Assembly: GCA_003133545.1 (NCBI GenBank)
Contig: PKYA01000062.1
Coordinates: 7,135 to 71,134 of the forward strand
Reading direction: 5' to 3'
Length of the DNA stretch: 64,000 nucleotides
Source: Acidimicrobiaceae bacterium
GTDB taxonomy: Bacteria > Actinomycetota > Acidimicrobiia > Acidimicrobiales > RAAP-2
Part shown: positions 9,147 to 17,911 of the stretch, piece after piece
How positions within the stretch are numbered: position 1 is the stretch's first letter
Layout: each line of letters starts with the position of its first letter
Notes under the pieces: generated by a model
What the model was told of the DNA's origin: nothing
The model's input: the letters and a program-made list of their open reading frames with translations, nothing else
Databases searched by the model: none
Program-made: the position numbers and the translations under genes

Positions 9147-9938
9147 TCACACGCAGAGGCGTCGGTGACCCCGGTCGCGCCGCGCGTAGAGGGAGCGGCG
9201 GTCCCGGCCCGTCAACGACGCCAACTCGGCTATGGAGAAGCCCAGCACATGGTGGGCGTAGAGGACCTGGACCTCTTCTGGCCGCATGCCGTCGCGGCGC
9301 AGGTCGATCAGCGTACGCGCCAGCACCTCGAGGTCGGTCTCGCTCGCCACGGCGCGCGGCTCGGCGCTGTCCGGCGTGAACGGCATCTGCAGTTGCCGGA
9401 GATCCTTGGCCCGGAACAGCTGCCGGCGCATGCGGCAACGGATCGCCGACAGGAGGTCGAGCACGGCATAGGGCCGGTCCTGGCCCGACCATTCGGTCAC
9501 CACCATCCACGTGGTGGAGAGGGTCTCGCTGAAGAACTCACTCCCATCCTCCCACTCACCTCCTTGACCCCACCGCAGGCGCGCCGCGATGGTGAGCAGA
9601 CCGGGGAGCAGGGCCTGCACGAGGCAGCGGACGACCAGCGGGTCCACGGCGGCCTCGCGGAGCATCACCCGGACGAGCCCTGCCGCATCCTCTCGGCCCC
9701 GACTCCCGGTCGCCTGCCGCATGTGGTCGATCAGGGCACACGGCGTCGGGCACCGGGGTGGCGCGCCCGGCGCGCCCCCGGGGGTGTCGGGCGCGCCATG
9801 CACCAACATTGCGAGGTGCGGGTCGCGCTGGGCCAGGCGGTGCAGGGCGCGCACCGCCCCTTCTGAGCGGCCGAGCGTGCGCCACTCCGTGTTCAGCTGT
9901 TCGATGGGCAGGAGCCCGTGTCGCATGGCGGGAGGCAT
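9147..9938 (-). CDS. divergent sigma-70-like / HTH protein (region 4-like C-terminus)
   Basis: EEVQVLYAHHVLGFSIAELASLTGRDRRSLYARRDRG resembles a sigma region 4 HTH. LVRVMLREAAVDPLVVRCLVQALLPGLLTIAARL is region-2-like. Only the last 264 codons (ATG at 9936-9938) of the 560-aa track ORF are used. The family call is weak. Confidence 0.5.
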   Translation of the reverse strand: MPPAMRHGLLPIEQLNTEWRTLGRSEGAVRALHRLAQRDPHLAMLVHGAPDTPGGAPGAPPRCPTPCALIDHMRQATGSRGREDAAGLVRVMLREAAVDPLVVRCLVQALLPGLLTIAARLRWGQGGEWEDGSEFFSETLSTTWMVVTEWSGQDRPYAVLDLLSAIRCRMRRQLFRAKDLRQLQMPFTPDSAEPRAVASETDLEVLARTLIDLRRDGMRPEEVQVLYAHHVLGFSIAELASLTGRDRRSLYARRDRGHRRLCV

Positions 9939-10049
9939 GGCCAGCACCCTCTCGGGTCTCGCTCCCCCCATGCCTCCCCCAACGGGCCTCCGGCGGCAGG
10001 GCGCGGGCGCAATCCTGTGGGCGCCCTGGTGGGGGATAACCTCCCGCTG

Positions 10050-10463
10050 ATGGATATCGAAGAGTTCTACGACGGCGACCCCAGGCGCCGTCCTTCGGCG
10101 GAGACCGAGCTGGGCACCGAATGGCATGACGCGCACGGCACCCGGTACGAACTCAGCTGGCTGGAGGACACCGGAGAGCTCTACGTCATGCGGGAGCCGG
10201 CCCCGCACATCAGAGGAGACCCCTTTGGTGGGCTGCACTTTTCGATGCGGGCCGCCGAAGAGGGAAAGATGACCGTGCACGTGGTGGCCCACATCCCATC
10301 CCTCCCCGACGTGCACCGGATCCTCGACGGCTGGCAAGCCGCCATGGCGGGTGACGGCGGAGCCGAGTGGCTGGCCGAGCGGCTGCGCACGGCGGGGGTG
10401 GCCACCGGGCCCGAGGAACCGATTCCCGACGATGCGGGCGACGCCGACCCGCTGGGCGCCTGA
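10050..10463 (+). CDS. hypothetical protein (138 aa)
   Basis: ATG at 10050 (MDIEEFYDGDPRRRPSAETELGTEWHDAHGTRYELSWLEDTGELYVMRE...). Protein-like composition and GC3 bias. No motif recognised. Confidence 0.5.
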   Translation: MDIEEFYDGDPRRRPSAETELGTEWHDAHGTRYELSWLEDTGELYVMREPAPHIRGDPFGGLHFSMRAAEEGKMTVHVVAHIPSLPDVHRILDGWQAAMAGDGGAEWLAERLRTAGVATGPEEPIPDDAGDADPLGA

Positions 10464-10479
10464 CGATCCGAGCGAAACC

Positions 10480-11580
10480 TCAGCCTGGTGCGGGGAGGTC
10501 CAGCATTTTGGCCAGTAGCTGCGTGGCCAGATTGTTGGTCGCCATGTCGGAGTCGCCCGGCAGTGTGTCACTGCCCACCAACAGGTCGGCCAACCGGGCC
10601 ATGACCACGGCGAAGCGGAACCCCGCGAAGACCTCGTAGAAGAACAGGTCGCGCAAGGGCCGGCCGAGGACCTCGGCATAGTGGTCGATCGTCTCTTCGT
10701 GCGAGCCGAAACCCGCCGGCCGCGGCACCCCGAGCCCGTCAGAGAACTGAAGGTCGAAATAGAGCCACCACCCGAGGTCCATCTCGGGTTGGCCGAGTCC
10801 GGCCATCTCCCAGTCCAACACGGCGGCACACTCGAAGTCGTCCCAGATGATGTTGCCGATGCGGCTGTCGCCCCAGCTCAGCGTCACCTCGCCCACCTCC
10901 TCGGGCTGATGGGCCACCAGCCACGCCCATGTTGCGTCCAGCGTCGCGATCGGCGTGCCTTTGGCGACCCAGTGGTAGAAGTCCCGGTAGTACGCCATGT
11001 GCTGCTCAATGCCGGGTCGACCGCGACGGGGGTCGCTGAGCCAGCCGAGCCCGAGCGCGGTCCAGTCGACGCGATGCACGGCCGCGAGCGCATCGATGCC
11101 ACTCCACCACATCCGGGCCTGTTGCTCGGGCGTCCCTTCAATCACCCACCCCTCCAAGGTGTAGGGCAGGTTGTCGGCCGGCACCTGCCCTTCTACATGG
11201 TCCATGGTGAAGAACGGCACGCCAAGGTACCGCGGGTCCTCCTCGTACCACCCCAGCTGGGGGAGGGGGATGCCGGTCTCGCCCTCGGCCAGGGTCCGCA
11301 TGACGCTGTACTGCGAGGAGAAGTCGGCGTCGAGGAAGAGGAGATGCTTGGTGGGCGCCACGCGCACGACCAGTCGCTTCTCGGTGGGGCCGTCCCCGGA
11401 GTCGGCGCGGACACGGCACATGATGGTCTCGTTGGAGAAGCCGTTCGTCTCCGGCGACTGCACGTCGAAGACCTCGATCCGGGTGCCGCGGCCGGCCCCG
11501 CCCTGTTCCGCCTTCTCCGCCAGCCACTGGGAGAGTATGGAGGCAACCTCACTCGGGTCTCGATGATCGATATCGGGCAT
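10480..11580 (-). CDS. phosphotransferase family protein (APH / choline-kinase fold)
   Basis: Start MPDIDHRDPSEV at 11578-11580. SNETIMCRV, FFTMDHVEG, catalytic loop LSWGDSRIGNIIW, and VLDWEMAG. Confidence 0.8.
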   Translation of the reverse strand: MPDIDHRDPSEVASILSQWLAEKAEQGGAGRGTRIEVFDVQSPETNGFSNETIMCRVRADSGDGPTEKRLVVRVAPTKHLLFLDADFSSQYSVMRTLAEGETGIPLPQLGWYEEDPRYLGVPFFTMDHVEGQVPADNLPYTLEGWVIEGTPEQQARMWWSGIDALAAVHRVDWTALGLGWLSDPRRGRPGIEQHMAYYRDFYHWVAKGTPIATLDATWAWLVAHQPEEVGEVTLSWGDSRIGNIIWDDFECAAVLDWEMAGLGQPEMDLGWWLYFDLQFSDGLGVPRPAGFGSHEETIDHYAEVLGRPLRDLFFYEVFAGFRFAVVMARLADLLVGSDTLPGDSDMATNNLATQLLAKMLDLPAPG

Positions 11581-11701
11581 GGGGCGGGAGTGTAGCCAGG
11601 GCCCCGCTGTCGTCGGGGCCTCGCCGTTGGCTACCCTGTGGGCTGATCGCGCGCGCGTCCTGGGACGGCCGCGGCGACGCTCACGAAAAAGGGGAGGGCA
11701 C

Positions 11702-13168
11702 ATGCCCATTCGGGACTATGACCACTTGTTCATCGGCGGCGACTGGGTCGCCCCCGAAGGGTCCGAGACCATCGCCGTAGTGTCGCCGTCGACCGAAGAG
11801 GTCGTCGGGCGCGTGCCCGAGGGCACCGAGGCGGATATCGACAAGGCCGTGGCGGCGGCGCGCCTGGCGTTCGACCGCGGCCCGTGGCCGCGCATGACGC
11901 CGGCCGAGCGCGGGGCGATCCTGACCAAGGTGGCGGAGCAGATCACCGCGGAGATGAACGAGATGGCAGAGATCATCACGAACGAGATGGGATCCCCCAT
12001 CTCGTTCTCCACCCTGGGCCAGGTGCTGGCGCCGACCATGATCTTCAACTACTACGCCGAGATGGCATCCACCTTCGCCTTCGACGAGGTGCGCACCGGC
12101 CTGCTGAACCCGCAGGTACTTGTGTCCAAGGAGCCCGTCGGCGTCGTCGGCGCCATCGCGCCGTGGAACGTGCCGCTCTTCATCGCCGCCGCGAAGCTGG
12201 CGCCATCGCTCGCGGCCGGCTGCACCGTCGTGTACAAGCCGGCACCGGAGACACCCTTTGACGCGTTTCGCCTGGCCGAGATCTTCGCCGACGCCGGGCT
12301 CCCCAAGGGCGTGCTGTCGGTGATCCCGGCCGGTCGTGAGGTCAGCGAGCATCTGGTCACGCATCCCGGGGTGGACAAGATCTCCTTCACCGGCTCCGGG
12401 GTGGGTGGGAAGCGCATCGGTGGGCTTTGCGGCGAACGTCTCAAGCGCTGCACGCTCGAGCTGGGTGGCAAGTCGGCCGCCATCATCCTCGACGACGCCG
12501 ATCTCTCGACCACCATCGCGACCCTCTTGCCCAACGCCATCATGAACAACGGCCAGGCCTGCGTAGCGCAGACCAGGATCCTGGCGCCGCGCGCCCGTTA
12601 CGACGAGGTTGTCGATGCCCTGGTGGCCGGCGTACGCGCGCTGAAGGTGGGTGATCCGCTCGACCCGGCGACCGAGGTGGGCCCGGTGGTGGCCGAACGG
12701 CAACGGACGCGTATTGAAGGGTATCTGGACAGCGGGCGTGAGGAAGGGGCCACGGTGGCCATCGGCGGTGGCCGGCCGGCGAGCTTCACCAAGGGCTGGT
12801 ACGTCGAGCCCACCGTCTTCACCAACGTCGACAACAAAATGAAGATCGCGCAAGAGGAGATCTTCGGCCCCGTTCTGGCCGTCATTCCCTATGACGGAGA
12901 CGACCAGGCAGTCGAGATCGCCAACGACTCCAACTACGGCTTGTGCGGTTCGGTCTGGACGAAGGACAACGACCGAGGTCTGGGGATCGCCCGCCAGGTT
13001 CGCACTGGCACCTACATGCTTAATGCCCCTGTGCCGATCGATTTCGCCACCCCCTTCGGCGGGTACAAGGAGTCCGGTGTCGGCCGCGAGTTCGGGCCCG
13101 AAGGCCTGGAGAGCTTTCTCGAGAAGAAGTCGATTGCGTTGCCGGCCGGCTACACGCCGGGCAGCTGA
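11702..13168 (+). CDS. NAD(P)-dependent aldehyde dehydrogenase
   Basis: MPIRDYDHLFIGGDW, APWNVPL, FTGSGVGGKRI, LELGGKSAAII, catalytic Cys in NNGQACVAQTR, EEIFGPVL, and PFGGYKESGVGRE. Confidence 0.9.
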   Translation: MPIRDYDHLFIGGDWVAPEGSETIAVVSPSTEEVVGRVPEGTEADIDKAVAAARLAFDRGPWPRMTPAERGAILTKVAEQITAEMNEMAEIITNEMGSPISFSTLGQVLAPTMIFNYYAEMASTFAFDEVRTGLLNPQVLVSKEPVGVVGAIAPWNVPLFIAAAKLAPSLAAGCTVVYKPAPETPFDAFRLAEIFADAGLPKGVLSVIPAGREVSEHLVTHPGVDKISFTGSGVGGKRIGGLCGERLKRCTLELGGKSAAIILDDADLSTTIATLLPNAIMNNGQACVAQTRILAPRARYDEVVDALVAGVRALKVGDPLDPATEVGPVVAERQRTRIEGYLDSGREEGATVAIGGGRPASFTKGWYVEPTVFTNVDNKMKIAQEEIFGPVLAVIPYDGDDQAVEIANDSNYGLCGSVWTKDNDRGLGIARQVRTGTYMLNAPVPIDFATPFGGYKESGVGREFGPEGLESFLEKKSIALPAGYTPGS

Positions 13169-13214
13169 GCGGCCCGGCCGTCCCCGCCCGCCGCGACGAC
13201 AAAGGACTGGATCA

Positions 13215-13856
13215 TCACGACGTCGAGCGCGGCGCGCTGGGCGCCACGTAACCCGAGAGCCGGCCGCCGTGGCCCTGCACGTCAGCGAATGCCTGGTCGT
13301 CCCCCGCCTCCACCACACTGAACCCGGTACGGTCGCCGTCCCCGTTGATGACGTCGGGCGCGTCCGGGTTGGAGGTGGCGCCCGTCACGATGGCGACGTG
13401 GTCTGCCGTGACCGAGGTGAGGTCAAGGCCGTAGACGGCGACGTCGCCCGGCTGTGGCGTGTAGTGCGAGCCGACCGGGTGCCAGGTACCGTGATCGACC
13501 CCCCACACATAGAAGCTGGCCGAGTCGGAGTTGAGGAATCCGGGTGCCAGTTGGTAGTCGACCTCAGCCCCGGCCTGTTTCCAGACCCAGGCCGCGAAGT
13601 CGGCGCACCACTCCTCGTTGCGGTTGGCATTGCCGCAGTCGGCGATGCCCGCGTACCAATAGGCGCTGAAGCGGTTGCAGTAGGTGTCGGCGGGATCGGT
13701 GCGGTACCCGAGCTGGCTGCGTGCCACGGCCACGATGCGCGCCCGCAGCGGACTGAGGGACGGCCCGCTGGCGACGCGGTCCACCACGGCTGCGGCGATG
13801 GCGACGGCGGCAAGGAGAACGAGGAATCGCCGCAGGCGATGGCGTCTGGGTGCCAC
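13215..13856 (-). CDS. CHAP / NlpC-P60-like cell-wall amidase with N-terminal membrane anchor
   Basis: RFLVLLAAVAIAAAVV anchor. CNRFSAYWY...EWCADFAAWVWKQAG and DHVAIVTG...NGDG are consistent with a Cys-His papain-like amidase. Start set at GTG 13854-13856 and is uncertain. Confidence 0.6.
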   Translation of the reverse strand: MAPRRHRLRRFLVLLAAVAIAAAVVDRVASGPSLSPLRARIVAVARSQLGYRTDPADTYCNRFSAYWYAGIADCGNANRNEEWCADFAAWVWKQAGAEVDYQLAPGFLNSDSASFYVWGVDHGTWHPVGSHYTPQPGDVAVYGLDLTSVTADHVAIVTGATSNPDAPDVINGDGDRTGFSVVEAGDDQAFADVQGHGGRLSGYVAPSAPRSTS

Positions 13857-13973
13857 TGGTGGTCGAGAGGGGCTCAGGTCACTGCAGGGTAGCCAGCGGG
13901 CCGTGCCATTTGGCGGCAGCCCGGTTCTGCCAGAATGTCGCGCCTCCACCTTCGAGCGGGAGACTGACAAATT

Positions 13974-16061
13974 GTGACGGTGGAGAGGACGGACGAGACA
14001 ACGAGGAGGCCGCCCGGGGCTGCGCACCAGCGCGTCGCCTACATTCCCGGCCTCGACGGGGTGCGCGCCTTCGCCGTCGTGGCTGTCATGATGTTCCACG
14101 GGGGTCTGGCGGTGGCCACCGGCGGCTTCATGGGAGTCGACACGTTCTTCGTCTTGTCGGGCTTTCTCATCACCTCGCTGCTCGTCTCGGAATGGCGTGC
14201 GACGCGCACGATCCGGCTCGGAGCGTTCTGGGCCCGGCGGGCACGCCGGTTGCTGCCCGCACTCTTCTTGATGCTGCTCTTCGTCGCGCTCTTTGCCTCG
14301 GTGATCGTGCCGGAGGGCACGTACCCGGCCTTGCGGCTCGATGCGCTGAGCACGCTGCTCTACGTCAGCAATTGGCACTTCGTACTGGCGAGCTCCAACT
14401 ACTTCAACGAGACGGCCTCCGCGTCACCCCTCATCCACACCTGGTCGCTGGCCGTCGAGGAGCAGTTCTACCTGATCTGGCCCTTAGTGGTGCTGGGCAT
14501 CCTGCGCCTCACGCGCGACCTGCGCGCGTTGCTCGTGGTCTGTTGCGTGGCGGCGGTCGGATCGGCCGGGGAGATGTACCTGCTCTTCCGTCACTCTGTC
14601 TCGGTCAACCGGGTCTATCTAGGGACCGACACGCGGGCCCAGTGCCTCTTCATCGGTGCCGCGCTGGCGGTGGCACTCGTGCTGGCGTCCCAGCGCGGCC
14701 ATTCGAGGGGCCGACTGACCGGAGGCGAGCTCTGGCGGCCGGCCCACCGGCGCGGCGCGTTCCTTTGTGCCTTCTGTGGCCTGGCCGGGGCGGCGGGATC
14801 GATCGCGCTGTGGGTGCGGGTGAACTCCACCACGTCGTTTTCCTACGAAGGCGGGTTTTTCCTCATCGGGTTGGCCACGGCCGGCGTGATCCTGGCCATC
14901 GTCGGCGCGCCACGCAGTCCCGTCCCGTGGGCCCTCTCGCTGTCCCCGATCCGCTACGTCGGCCGGATCTCCTACGGCCTCTACATCTGGCACTGGCCGA
15001 TGTTCATCTGGCTCAATGCCGCTCGTACGGGCCTCGCGGGGTACGAGCTGTTCGGCGTGCGCGTGGCAGTGACCTTTGGTGTCGCCGTGGCCTCCTACCA
15101 CCTGGTCGAACGGCCGATTCGCCAGGGCTCGTTCTTCCGCCAGTGGCGCGCCTGGGTGGCTGCGCCGGTCAGCGTCGGCGCGGTCGTGGCCGCCGTGGTG
15201 TTGGCCACGGCCGGATCGAGCGTGGCCGCAGAGGCGGTGCCCCCGGTGACCGGGACGCTGGCGCCAGTTTCGCCCAGTTCGCCGAACAGTGCAGGACCCC
15301 CGGTGCGGGTGCTGCTCCTCGGCGATTCGACCGCCCTGACCCTCGGAGAGGGTTTGGGGGAGAAACCCGTCCAGAGCCGGTACGGCTACATCCTGGCCGA
15401 CGACGGGATATTGGGCTGCGGGGTGGCGGAAGGCCCCGCAGTGGAGATCATGGGCGCGATCGACATAGTGAGCTCGGTCTGCAATGGGTCCACGCCGCCA
15501 CCGGACGCCCCGATAGCCGAGCAAACCCTTACCGTGCAGTGGCAGCACTACATGGCGGTCAATCGCCCCAACGTGGTGGTCCTGCTGGCCGGGCGCTGGG
15601 AGGTGGTCAACCGGGAGTACCAGGGAAAGTGGACCAACATTTTGAGCCCGCCCTTCGCCGCCTATGTGAAGCGTCAGCTGGAGCTGGCGTCAAACCTCGT
15701 CACCGCCTATGGAGCCCACATGGTTTTCCTGACGGCTCCGTGCACCGACGAGGGGGAGCAACCCGACGGTGCGCCGTGGCCGGAGGAGAACCCGGCACGG
15801 CTCGCCGTTTACAACAAGCTGGTGCGAGAGGTGGCGGCAGAGCACCCGCGCACCGACGCCGTAGCCGATCTCGATGCCGCTGCCTGCCCGGGGGGCAAGT
15901 ACACCCCCACCAAGGACGGCGTGACGATCCGCACCGTCAGTGACGGCATCCATTTCACGCCGGCCGGCGGCGTGGCGATGGCGCCGTACATCATGCCGCT
16001 GATTGTGGCGTCGGGTCGCGCCCAGCGTGCCGCGACCGCCAAAGCGAGCGGTCAACCCTGA
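13974..16061 (+). CDS. acyltransferase family 3 (AT3) membrane protein fused to C-terminal SGNH domain (OafA/YrhL-like O-acyltransferase)
   Basis: YIPGLDGVRAFAVVAVMMFHGG, GVDTFFVLSGFLIT, WSLAVEEQFYLIWP, multiple TM helices. C-terminal VLLLGDSTALTLG ... SDGIHFT is SGNH-like. Confidence 0.85.
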   Translation: MTVERTDETTRRPPGAAHQRVAYIPGLDGVRAFAVVAVMMFHGGLAVATGGFMGVDTFFVLSGFLITSLLVSEWRATRTIRLGAFWARRARRLLPALFLMLLFVALFASVIVPEGTYPALRLDALSTLLYVSNWHFVLASSNYFNETASASPLIHTWSLAVEEQFYLIWPLVVLGILRLTRDLRALLVVCCVAAVGSAGEMYLLFRHSVSVNRVYLGTDTRAQCLFIGAALAVALVLASQRGHSRGRLTGGELWRPAHRRGAFLCAFCGLAGAAGSIALWVRVNSTTSFSYEGGFFLIGLATAGVILAIVGAPRSPVPWALSLSPIRYVGRISYGLYIWHWPMFIWLNAARTGLAGYELFGVRVAVTFGVAVASYHLVERPIRQGSFFRQWRAWVAAPVSVGAVVAAVVLATAGSSVAAEAVPPVTGTLAPVSPSSPNSAGPPVRVLLLGDSTALTLGEGLGEKPVQSRYGYILADDGILGCGVAEGPAVEIMGAIDIVSSVCNGSTPPPDAPIAEQTLTVQWQHYMAVNRPNVVVLLAGRWEVVNREYQGKWTNILSPPFAAYVKRQLELASNLVTAYGAHMVFLTAPCTDEGEQPDGAPWPEENPARLAVYNKLVREVAAEHPRTDAVADLDAAACPGGKYTPTKDGVTIRTVSDGIHFTPAGGVAMAPYIMPLIVASGRAQRAATAKASGQP

Positions 16062-16555
16062 GTGCCGGGAAGGTCACCCCCTGGAGCGGGGTTGACGTTC
16101 GAATCCGGAAGGTCGCCCCCTGGGGCGGGGTTGACGTTCGAGTCCGGAAGGTCGCCCCCTGGGGCGGGGTTGACGTTCACATTGTTGTCCACCATGGCGC
16201 ACTGGCCCTTGAGCGCGGGGATGAGGTGGGCTTCGTCCACCGTGGCGCTCTCAGAGATCGTCGTCATGAGCGAATTCAACGATCCGTCGTCCGAGGTGGC
16301 CGCCGCCGCCAACGGAAGGGCAGCGCGCAGTTCTACGTCGGCCTCGGACCGTAAGCGGGTGACGTCGGCCGCGGATGTGGACGATTTGGTCGAGAGCTCG
16401 TAGTCGCGGACCGAGAGCCGCACGTGCACACAGGCCTGCTGGGCCAGGTTGATCCCATCCTGTTGCCCGCAGGCACTGAGGCACAACAACGCTCCGACAG
16501 CGGAGCCTCCGAGCCCGATGAGGGAACGGCGACCGGTCGGGCGCGGTCGCCGCAC
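16052..16555 (-). CDS. lipoprotein with C-terminal 13-aa tandem repeats
   Basis: Signal peptide plus lipobox (ALLCLSACGQ). C-terminus NVNPAPGGDLPDS x3. GTG start. 1-nt gap to the upstream gene. The 3' end overlaps the convergent AT3 gene by 10 nt. Confidence 0.65.
   Translation of the reverse strand: MRRPRPTGRRSLIGLGGSAVGALLCLSACGQQDGINLAQQACVHVRLSVRDYELSTKSSTSAADVTRLRSEADVELRAALPLAAAATSDDGSLNSLMTTISESATVDEAHLIPALKGQCAMVDNNVNVNPAPGGDLPDSNVNPAPGGDLPDSNVNPAPGGDLPGTQG
16066..16182. repeat. three tandem copies of a 39-bp unit (CCGGAAGGTCGCCCCCTGGGGCGGGGTTGACGTTCGAGT)
   Basis: Read directly. Copies start at about 16066, 16105 and 16144. Copies 2 and 3 are near-identical. The array is in frame and encodes the NVNPAPGGDLPDS repeat of the lipoprotein. 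Confidence 0.9.
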
Positions 16556-16556
16556 C

Positions 16557-17114
16557 TCAGCCGAGCCAACTCTCGGCTGACTCCAGTAGGTAGCGGCTGA
16601 CGGCCAACGCCCGGTCGAAGACGTCGCACAGCAATTCTTCGCCGCCGAGCACGCGGGCCAGTGACACCGGGTGGCGTGCCACGATGCTCAATCGGCGTTC
16701 GGAGCCGTCAGTGGCGTTGGCGAACGAGTCGATGGCCGACACCTCGAGAGGGAGCTCGATCCCCCCTACGCCGGCCAGGTCGATGGCCAACCGGAGGAGA
16801 TCCGGACCGCTGGGCAACGGAGGGAGGGCCCATGTGAAGGTGAGCGGGAAGTGGAACTCGTCGGGCGGTTCCTCCTCCTCGGTGAGGAGCACTACAGCGT
16901 CCTCGAAGGAGAGGAGGACGCGGGGATCCACATCGAGGGCCAGATGCAGATCCAAGGGACCCCCACATCCCTCCTCGGGATGGAGGTCGACTTCCCACAC
17001 CTGGCGCAGCGAGTAGGTCTCCACGAAGTGCCGTTCGTCATGCACGTGGAACCCGTGATCGACGGAGTGATCTTTCAGGTCTGCCACGTATCCGGCGACG
17101 TCAATGGCTGCCAC
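16557..17114 (-). CDS. hypothetical acidic protein (185 aa)
   Basis: GTG start at 17112-17114. GC3-rich and protein-like (HGFHVHDERHFVETYSLRQVWEVDLHPEEG...). Directly upstream of and coupled to the repeat lipoprotein. No motif recognised. Confidence 0.5.
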   Translation of the reverse strand: MAAIDVAGYVADLKDHSVDHGFHVHDERHFVETYSLRQVWEVDLHPEEGCGGPLDLHLALDVDPRVLLSFEDAVVLLTEEEEPPDEFHFPLTFTWALPPLPSGPDLLRLAIDLAGVGGIELPLEVSAIDSFANATDGSERRLSIVARHPVSLARVLGGEELLCDVFDRALAVSRYLLESAESWLG

Positions 17115-17170
17115 AGTGGGGCGAGCCTAATAGCCACGATGGGCCTGCCAGCCAGTAGGGTTCGAGGCCC

Positions 17171-17911
17171 GTGGATGAGGCACGATTGCTACACGTACTC
17201 GATGAGGCCATCCGGGCGGTGCGCGCCGCGCTGGACGGACTGGACGATTGGGGCCCGGCCGGGACACTCCCGGGACAGTACCGGCTTGACCTGGCTGCCG
17301 ACGCCGCCGCGCTGCCGGTCCTTCAGGGTGCCGGCCTCGCGGTGCTTTCCGAGGAGTCGGGCCTGTCCGGCGACCCGTCCGCCGCCCTCATGGCGGTGAT
17401 CGACCCGGTCGATGGATCAACCAACGCGCACCGGGGTATTCCCTTCTATTCGACCAGCATCTGCGTGCTCGACTCCGATGGCCCGTTGGCGGGGATGGTC
17501 GTGAACCAGGCCACCGGCACGCGCTTCGAGGCGGTGCGGGGCGGAGGGGCGCGCCACGATGGCAAAGCCATTGCACCGTCGGGTTGCACTGACCTGCCGT
17601 CGGCCATTGTGGGGATCTCGGGGTTCCCTGGCTGTCATCCCGGTTGGGCCCAGTTTCGTGCCCTCGGTGCGGCGTCGTTGGAGTTCTGCGCCGTGGCCGA
17701 AGGGATGCTCGACGCCTACAGCGTCGTGGGAAAGAGCACGCTGTTCGGCTGGGACTACCTGGCGGGAATGCTCATCTGCGCGGAAGCCGGTGCTGTGACC
17801 GCCGACCGTGACGGCGCACCCGTGGTGGTGCGCGACGCCAGTCCGCGCCGTCCGGTGGTGGCGGCGACGCGGCAGCTCTCCGCGCAGCTGCTCGTGGTGG
17901 GTTCGCTGTGA
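17171..17911 (+). CDS. inositol monophosphatase family protein
   Basis: LSEESG, VIDPVDGSTN, WDYLAG motifs. Confidence 0.85.
   Translation: MDEARLLHVLDEAIRAVRAALDGLDDWGPAGTLPGQYRLDLAADAAALPVLQGAGLAVLSEESGLSGDPSAALMAVIDPVDGSTNAHRGIPFYSTSICVLDSDGPLAGMVVNQATGTRFEAVRGGGARHDGKAIAPSGCTDLPSAIVGISGFPGCHPGWAQFRALGAASLEFCAVAEGMLDAYSVVGKSTLFGWDYLAGMLICAEAGAVTADRDGAPVVVRDASPRRPVVAATRQLSAQLLVVGSL

Noticed and set aside
9939-10829. N-terminal 296 aa of the 560-aa ORF 9147-10829 (-)
   Set aside because: This part is antisense to the 10050-10463 gene and to the 3' end of the phosphotransferase gene, and it has junk-like composition. Only the C-terminal 264 codons, which contain an HTH, were kept.
13857-13973. 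Possible ydaO (c-di-AMP) riboswitch upstream of the CHAP/NlpC-P60-like gene, as is common in actinobacteria
   Set aside because: The spacer is only ~117 nt, and I could not recognise the conserved ydaO core sequences or pseudo-symmetric helices in it.
13850-15943. 697-aa plus-strand ORF in a different frame from the AT3-SGNH gene
   Set aside because: Arg/Gly/Pro-rich out-of-frame shadow. The 13974-16061 frame has AT3 and SGNH motifs and TM helices.
16066-16182. Tandem repeats considered as a possible CRISPR array or other non-coding array
   Set aside because: The repeats are contiguous with no spacers, in frame, and encode a peptide repeat inside a lipoprotein gene. No CRISPR-like repeat-spacer structure exists anywhere in the window.
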